From: Candidatus Poribacteria bacterium
GTDB lineage: Bacteria > Poribacteria > WGA-4E > WGA-3G
Assembly: GCA_965215265.1 (NCBI GenBank)
Contig: OZ244048.1
Span: 2,688,001 to 2,752,000, forward strand
Direction of reading: 5' to 3'
DNA: 64,000 nucleotides
The notes below the pieces were generated by a model that saw only the letters and a list, made by a program, of their open reading frames with translations, made no database searches and had not been told where the DNA came from. Shown piece by piece: positions 58,563 through 64,000 of this stretch. Each line of letters begins with the position of its first letter. The stretch's first letter is position 1. Made by a program: the position numbers and the translations under genes.

Positions 58563-59516
58563 ATGGCAGAACCCGACATCACCTCTAAATATATGGCACG
58601 CGAACATCTCAACGCACTCCTAAAGTTGTTCGGCATTCCGAATGCGGTTGTATTGGAGCATGTGGACAGCGTGCAAGCGAGAGTCAAAGAATATCAAGGC
58701 GACAGCAGCGCGAAAGTGAAAATAGATGGCAAAGAGATAATACTTCATATAGAAGTCCAAACCACAGATAGCCGTCAACCGATGTGGGCGCGCGTGGCGA
58801 ACTACTGTGGACACCTGATGCTGGTGCACCAGCTGCCCGTTTACTGTGTGGTGCTCTACCTGCGTCCGAATGCCGGGCGGCGCGACAGGGGCACCTTTGG
58901 ATATGACGCGACAGATTTCAAATATCTGCTGCAATATAAAGTGGTTCGTCTGGCAGAAGTGGACGGTGCATCGATATTAGCATCGGGTGAGCCGGGTTTG
59001 CTGCCGTATACGCCGTTGATGAAAGCGCCCGTGGATATGGCGGGTGATGCGTGGTTACGGCGGTGTGCCGAGAAGGCAGAGGCGACATTAGAGAACAATC
59101 CTGAGCGTGCGAATCTTCTGACAGCCTTTGCGGTTTTCGCCGAGCTGCTGCATAGCAAAAGCACGATAGAATCCCTGATTACGGAGGTTATCATGCAAGA
59201 GTCAACACTCTTACAACCTTACTTCGAAAAAGAACGTGAGGCAAGACGAAAACAAGGTATAGAGCAAGGTATAGAACGAGGTATGGTTTGGCATCTGTCG
59301 GGTGTAGAGTTTAGCGGTGGAATTCAGGGGTGCGTTAGGGTTGGACTTGCGATGCGAGAGAACGAGTCAGCGGTGCGTTTAGCGCGCGTGTTGTATGCCT
59401 ACTATGAGAGGTGTGGGGATGCGGAACGTGCGTCAGACTACAACCTGCTCGTGTCGGAGTGGCGAGATATAGAACAGGAGATGGGCTTAGCACAACGGAG
59501 GCAGACACTGTTCTAA
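58563..59516 (+). CDS. Rpn-family PD-(D/E)XK nuclease with an atypical C-terminus
   Basis: DITSK, ILHIEVQT..MWARVANY, LPVYCVVLYL, LLPYTPLM, MQES..GIEQGIERG. Confidence 0.85.
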   Translation: MAEPDITSKYMAREHLNALLKLFGIPNAVVLEHVDSVQARVKEYQGDSSAKVKIDGKEIILHIEVQTTDSRQPMWARVANYCGHLMLVHQLPVYCVVLYLRPNAGRRDRGTFGYDATDFKYLLQYKVVRLAEVDGASILASGEPGLLPYTPLMKAPVDMAGDAWLRRCAEKAEATLENNPERANLLTAFAVFAELLHSKSTIESLITEVIMQESTLLQPYFEKEREARRKQGIEQGIERGMVWHLSGVEFSGGIQGCVRVGLAMRENESAVRLARVLYAYYERCGDAERASDYNLLVSEWRDIEQEMGLAQRRQTLF

Positions 59517-59632
59517 GAGGCAATCTGCAGGCATGCGCTCACCTTTGTATATTGTTTGTATATTGGCTCTTTCCTAAGAAGGCACCCCATTTTTGATTGA
59601 CAATTTGTCTCAAATGTTTTACACTTATAGAC

Positions 59633-60166
59633 ATGCCACATCACTTCTTCGTCCAAACTGGCGAACCTATCAACATAAAACAGATTGGGGGCATCGTAAA
59701 ACCCGGTAACGGTTACATTGAAATTGTAGCGCGAAGTCCGTCCTCTCGAGACGTGCTTGTCTACAGCAGCGTGCTTGTTGGTGGGGGCGATGTTCACCTC
59801 AAAGCGGTTTTGAACGCTGATAAGAGCTGCCGCACGAACGTCAATTTTTTTATTGACACCCGTAGTATGGGCATCAACGGTTTCAAGCTCGTTAACGCCA
59901 GCGGCTATGAAAAACCGGTCGCCGCTGGACTGCAGACAAGACAACAGATGTCTCTTTTGCCAGAATGGAGTCAGCCCGACGTGCCGTTTACGTTCGAATT
60001 AATTCGCAAGGGGCAGCGCTGCGTCGTGCTAGTTGACAACAGAGCTGTCAAGCACTTCCTGTACGGCAAAGACCCTTTTGGCCGGGTCGGATTTTGCATT
60101 GTGGAGGGCAGTCTGCGTATCCATGATTTTTATCTAAAAGGGGAAACAGCACCTTGCGTATTGTAA
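59633..60166 (+). CDS. Hypothetical protein (beta-rich), probably leaderless
   Basis: Open frame; TTGACA-17-TACACT at 59597-59625 places the TSS next to ATG 59633. Confidence 0.55.
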   Translation: MPHHFFVQTGEPINIKQIGGIVKPGNGYIEIVARSPSSRDVLVYSSVLVGGGDVHLKAVLNADKSCRTNVNFFIDTRSMGINGFKLVNASGYEKPVAAGLQTRQQMSLLPEWSQPDVPFTFELIRKGQRCVVLVDNRAVKHFLYGKDPFGRVGFCIVEGSLRIHDFYLKGETAPCVL

Positions 60167-61275
60167 AACGTAAAACACTCTCCTTTTTCTCTCTGGAATC
60201 CGCTATCAAATCTGCTTACCTCCTCTGGCTCACAATACTGTTTTGTCGTTTGCTTTCTCTCTCAATTGATACGGCTGAGGCACAATCGACATTTGAGATT
60301 CAATTGTTTGACGCTACGGTTCAGCTGCACGCGCCCTACACCCTTATTTCTGGCAAAAAATATCGACTCTCTACAGTCTCATCTGACGGGACTCCAGTTG
60401 CTGCCCGATGGTTCCTCTCAGGAAATCTGGGCAGGATTGTACAAAATCCGTTAGACGTTTCCGGAAGAGACGTGCACCTAGAAGCCGTATTTGTCGGCGA
60501 AGGTAGACTTATCGCCACCGCTGCTTCTGTGGAAAAATCCGTCTCTATTAAGGTTGTTTCTGCATTTCAGACGATCGGAATTGAAGGTGGCACGTTCAGA
60601 AGTCCTGCTGGTATAGAGCTCTCGTTTCCACCGCATGCGGTTTTGAAAACCTCGCGAATACAAGCCGAGATTGTGGCACCACCTGCACCGCACTTGTCGG
60701 CACAGCGGCTCGTTCACGTCATACGGTTGTCGCCGGACCGGCTGGTTTTAAAACGTCCAGCGCAGCTGCGGTTTTTATATCCGAAACAGTTGCATACTGC
60801 CCCTTTCAATATCTATTTTTGGGAGAAATTTCAGAGAAGATGGGTGCCGCTGAGTGGCGACGTTAATCCGTTTGATGGCACTGTCACCACTTCCATTAAT
60901 CACTTGGGTATTTATACCTTAATGGCATCTGAAATTGAGCGAAAAAGGTCAACTCGTCTCAAGATTCAAGAGGTAACGCTCTCCCCGCGGGTATTTTTCG
61001 CACCGGAGCAACATCGCCTCACGATAGCTTATCATCTGAACGCTCCAGACACGCACCGGGCGCTTGTAACAATGGATATTTTTAACCTGCACAATCGACG
61101 AATTCGCAGGCTGCTAAATAACGTCTCGCGCTATATCGGGCCGAACGCAGAGCAGTGGGATGGCTTGACAGATAGCGGAACGCTTGTGCGAAACGGGCGC
61201 TATCTGCTCATCATTCACGCGAAGGCCGGTTCGCAAAATACTGTGGCGCGAAAGTTGATTATCGTCTTTAAATAG
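60154..61275 (+). CDS. Secreted protein with ZU5-like and C-terminal FlgD Ig-like domains
   Basis: Signal-like N-terminus; IGIEGG..LSFPPHAV..LSP; DIFNLHNRRIRRL..WDGLTDSGTLVRNGRY. Confidence 0.75.
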   Translation: MRIVKRKTLSFFSLESAIKSAYLLWLTILFCRLLSLSIDTAEAQSTFEIQLFDATVQLHAPYTLISGKKYRLSTVSSDGTPVAARWFLSGNLGRIVQNPLDVSGRDVHLEAVFVGEGRLIATAASVEKSVSIKVVSAFQTIGIEGGTFRSPAGIELSFPPHAVLKTSRIQAEIVAPPAPHLSAQRLVHVIRLSPDRLVLKRPAQLRFLYPKQLHTAPFNIYFWEKFQRRWVPLSGDVNPFDGTVTTSINHLGIYTLMASEIERKRSTRLKIQEVTLSPRVFFAPEQHRLTIAYHLNAPDTHRALVTMDIFNLHNRRIRRLLNNVSRYIGPNAEQWDGLTDSGTLVRNGRYLLIIHAKAGSQNTVARKLIIVFK

Positions 61276-61465
61276 GATGCTCGCTCGCAATACAAGGATT
61301 CTCAGGAGAACGCCCATGCCAGAACGGAAATGACAACACGCAAATCCCGCTTTTTCTCTGTATCTATTGGAAAAAAAATTGACAAAATTCCGCATAACAT
61401 GATAAACTTATACGCATCATAATATATGCTTGGAACTTGCACACATAAAAAGAAAGGAACCCAAT

Positions 61466-62578
61466 ATGGCATCACAGACAGAATTAAAATCAATGTTAAA
61501 CGCGCCGATAACCTTGGAGCCGAACACGTACCTGCACTTCTACAACGGCGGGAAGCTTCGGGCAGAATTTATGGGTGAACCGGATGCGAAAGACGACTAT
61601 TACTCTGAAGAATGGATCTTTTCTACAAACAGGGCAATTACCCCAGGGCGCGAAAATCCACCAGATAAAGGGTTTAGCCGGATGAAACTGCCAAGCGGAG
61701 AAGTCGTCTTGCTGAAGGCACTGTTGGATGCATTCCCGGAGGAGACCCTGGGAAGCGCCCATGTCGCGAAATACGGTACCGACCTGGGCGTGCTTCTCAA
61801 GATTTTTGATGTCGGGGAAGGCGCACATATTCCCATCCATTGGCATCCTAACCCGGATTTCTCACAAAAACATCTCAATTCGCCGTTTGGCAAAAATGAA
61901 GCCTGGATTTTAATCGGGACACGTCCGGGTGCGAAGGCGTGGATCGGCTGGAAGGAAGCGATGGACAAAACCGAATTCCGGCATCTTATGGAGGCACAGG
62001 ATGTCCAAACGCTCCGAAGTCTGATGCACGTTGTCGAACCTAAGGTTGGCGAGGTCTATTTCTTACGCACACCGATTGTTCACTCGCTCGGCACTGGACT
62101 TTGTGTGCTTGAACCACAAGAACCTACCGATTGGAATATTCTCGCTGAATGGAAAGGTTTCCCTTATGACAGAGAAGACGGGCACCTCGGGCTCGGATGG
62201 GACCTCGCCGTCGATGCTGCCGAGTTTGATAAACTTGAACTAGACTACCTCAACAACTACATCCTACGCACCCCTGAGCTCGTTCGGGCGGCTGGAGACA
62301 GCCGCGAGGAACGCATCGTACCAGAAGAGGCCTTGCAATACTTCGGATGTTCACGTTTAACCGTCGCATCACGGCTGAGTATGCCGGCAGGAAAAGGGTT
62401 CTATTGTCTTGTAACCCTGGGTGGGGAAGGCACCCTGCGTGGTAACTTTGGAGACGTAAGGCTCGCTCGCGGAAAATCCGTCTTTATTCCTCGGTGTTTG
62501 CCGGAATACGATATCGTTAGCACCGGGGAAGAGCCCATGGAGATTATCTGTTGCTACCCACCGATTTCGGTCGAATAG
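61466..62578 (+). CDS. Class I mannose-6-phosphate isomerase-like cupin
   Basis: SEEW, LLKIFD..IPIHWHP, GKNEAW, VHSLG..EPQEPTD. Confidence 0.85.
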   Translation: MASQTELKSMLNAPITLEPNTYLHFYNGGKLRAEFMGEPDAKDDYYSEEWIFSTNRAITPGRENPPDKGFSRMKLPSGEVVLLKALLDAFPEETLGSAHVAKYGTDLGVLLKIFDVGEGAHIPIHWHPNPDFSQKHLNSPFGKNEAWILIGTRPGAKAWIGWKEAMDKTEFRHLMEAQDVQTLRSLMHVVEPKVGEVYFLRTPIVHSLGTGLCVLEPQEPTDWNILAEWKGFPYDREDGHLGLGWDLAVDAAEFDKLELDYLNNYILRTPELVRAAGDSREERIVPEEALQYFGCSRLTVASRLSMPAGKGFYCLVTLGGEGTLRGNFGDVRLARGKSVFIPRCLPEYDIVSTGEEPMEIICCYPPISVE

Positions 62579-62664
62579 CCCCCAAACAGTGGGTTTCTGA
62601 TTGTGGCTGTCTGGTCCCGGTGGGGTTTATAACTTAGCAGTAACAACCGGCTTGTGAGGTTTCG

Positions 62665-63927
62665 GTGCATACGAACGATTTTAAAGCCCCAAAACCGAAT
62701 ACTGCTGTAATTAAGATAGCAAACGCCCTACTGCCGTTCGTTAATCGTTGGTACCTGAAAGGGCTCACCTTAGATATCGACGGAGAATCGCTTGAGCGTT
62801 TAAAGTTAACATGCGGGCAGCCAACGGTTTTAGCACCTAACCACGCTGCACACACAGACCCGGCGGTTCTGTTTCTTTTGTCAAAACGACTCTCACAGAC
62901 GTTCTACTATATGACAGCACGTGAAACGTTTGACAAAGGTAGGATGGGCGCGATCCGGAGTTTTTTTCTACAACGCATAGGCGCTTATTCAATTGTACGC
63001 GGAACCGCAGATAGAAACGCCTTCCGCACTACACGGACGCTCCTCTTAAACGGGACATCGCCCGTCGTCATCTTTGCTGAAGGTGAGATCTCACGACAGA
63101 ATGACACCGTGATGCACTTTGAGCGCGGGATTACACAACTCTGCTTCTGGACGCTGGATGATATGACAAAGGGAAACATCAGGAAACCGCTCTACGTCGT
63201 ACCGCTTGGGATTAAGTATCATTATACCCAAAACATGTGGGGAACAATTGACAAGGCACTCAAGCGATTAGAAACTAACATCTTCTCTTCAGTGTGCTTT
63301 ACAACAGAATCACAACCGGCGGGTCTAGATAGGTACCAGCGTTTACGTAGAATCGGCGGAATGATGTTAATAGCACTCGCAAAGGAATATCATTTAAATC
63401 TCAATTTGCAGATTGACGATATGGAAACGACATCTATGAATGCAGAAATTCAAACGCTCAAAGAACATATCCTTTCACATGCGGAAAGAATCATGGGCAT
63501 CCCCGCCAACGGAGATGTTCTCGCCCGTATCCGAACCCTGAAAAACCTTGTTGATGCGGAAGTGTACAGAGACATAGAACAGATGGCCGGATACGAACGG
63601 AAAATTCATGAGCAACAACTGCAGAAATTCCAATTATTCTATCTCGATTTAGACCGTCTGATTAATTTCATCGCCATTTCTGATGGATACGTCGCAGAAG
63701 AACCTTCTCCAGAAAGATACCTGGATGTCATCACTAGATTGGAAAGAGAGGTCTTCGGGGCCTCAAAAATGCGTGGCCCGCGCGTCGCATCTATTCGGGT
63801 TGGGGAACCTAAAAATCTCTTCGATGATTACCAAACTTATAGAGCACAGAAAAGAGAAACCGTAGAGCAGATTACTGCAGAATTGGAAACTACAGTTCAG
63901 AATCTGATTGCAGCAAAAGTCCAGTAG
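62665..63927 (+). CDS. 1-acyl-sn-glycerol-3-phosphate acyltransferase-family protein
   Basis: NHAAHTD (HxxxxD), FAEGE. Confidence 0.88.
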   Translation: MHTNDFKAPKPNTAVIKIANALLPFVNRWYLKGLTLDIDGESLERLKLTCGQPTVLAPNHAAHTDPAVLFLLSKRLSQTFYYMTARETFDKGRMGAIRSFFLQRIGAYSIVRGTADRNAFRTTRTLLLNGTSPVVIFAEGEISRQNDTVMHFERGITQLCFWTLDDMTKGNIRKPLYVVPLGIKYHYTQNMWGTIDKALKRLETNIFSSVCFTTESQPAGLDRYQRLRRIGGMMLIALAKEYHLNLNLQIDDMETTSMNAEIQTLKEHILSHAERIMGIPANGDVLARIRTLKNLVDAEVYRDIEQMAGYERKIHEQQLQKFQLFYLDLDRLINFIAISDGYVAEEPSPERYLDVITRLEREVFGASKMRGPRVASIRVGEPKNLFDDYQTYRAQKRETVEQITAELETTVQNLIAAKVQ

Positions 63928-63966
63928 CGTTCGCCTACGGTATTAAACAGACTTTACCCCTTTTGA

Positions 63967-64000
63967 GCAACGGGGATTCATCCCCGCTTGCGGGGAGAAC
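63967..64000. repeat. Palindromic element at the window edge (REP/IS200-like hairpin or degenerate type I-E-like CRISPR repeat)
   Basis: GCAACGGGGA-TTCA-TCCCCGCTTGC hairpin overlapping TTCATCCCCGCTTGCGGGGAGAAC; single copy. Confidence 0.35.

Noticed and set aside
61385-61415. dif-like site (ATTCCGCATAA...)
   Set aside because: The XerD arm (TTATGTTAAAT-like) is absent; better explained as a TTGACA..TAAACT promoter
58223-62798. Identical 18-mer CGGAGAATCGCTTGAGCG at 58223 and 62781
   Set aside because: No flanking similarity; it lies within an intact acyltransferase CDS; treated as probable coincidence

Overview
Bacterial chromosomal window, most consistent with Candidatus Poribacteria, a sponge symbiont. 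This assignment is inferred from the expanded PhyH dioxygenase, Gfo/Idh/MocA and sulfatase families, secreted WD40/TPR/PD40 proteins, and a WD40-dockerin-like-FlgD-type C-terminal architecture. Housekeeping content: DUF4292/LolB-like gene-ispE-tRNA-Gln-rplY-amidase-GerMN-pth, argD, def, larE, glcF-like, dcd, sigma54-driven glnA-glnB, uvrC, trmB and glnD. It also holds a catabolic island (39-53 kb) and an accessory region (53-60 kb). Most notable observations: (1) an unnamed ~90-bp dispersed repeat family whose two conserved boxes are exactly 29 nt apart in every full copy; it is tandemly amplified at one site, inverted at another and supplies the 3' end of a gene at a third. (2) A hypervariable WD40 gene built from near-identical 126-bp units, next to two Rpn-family nucleases that flank an orphan WD40 unit. 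Both Rpn genes have internal SD+ATG starts, and one carries a tail resembling a DUF1156 methyltransferase C-terminus. (3) Two PhyH-fold enzymes with a halogenase-like HxG triad. (4) Two ASRT/ASRAH-fold proteins. (5) A sulfatase-fold protein with Thr at the nucleophile position and a tRNA-Gln with A1-U72. All family assignments come from recognising motifs by eye; no database searches were run.
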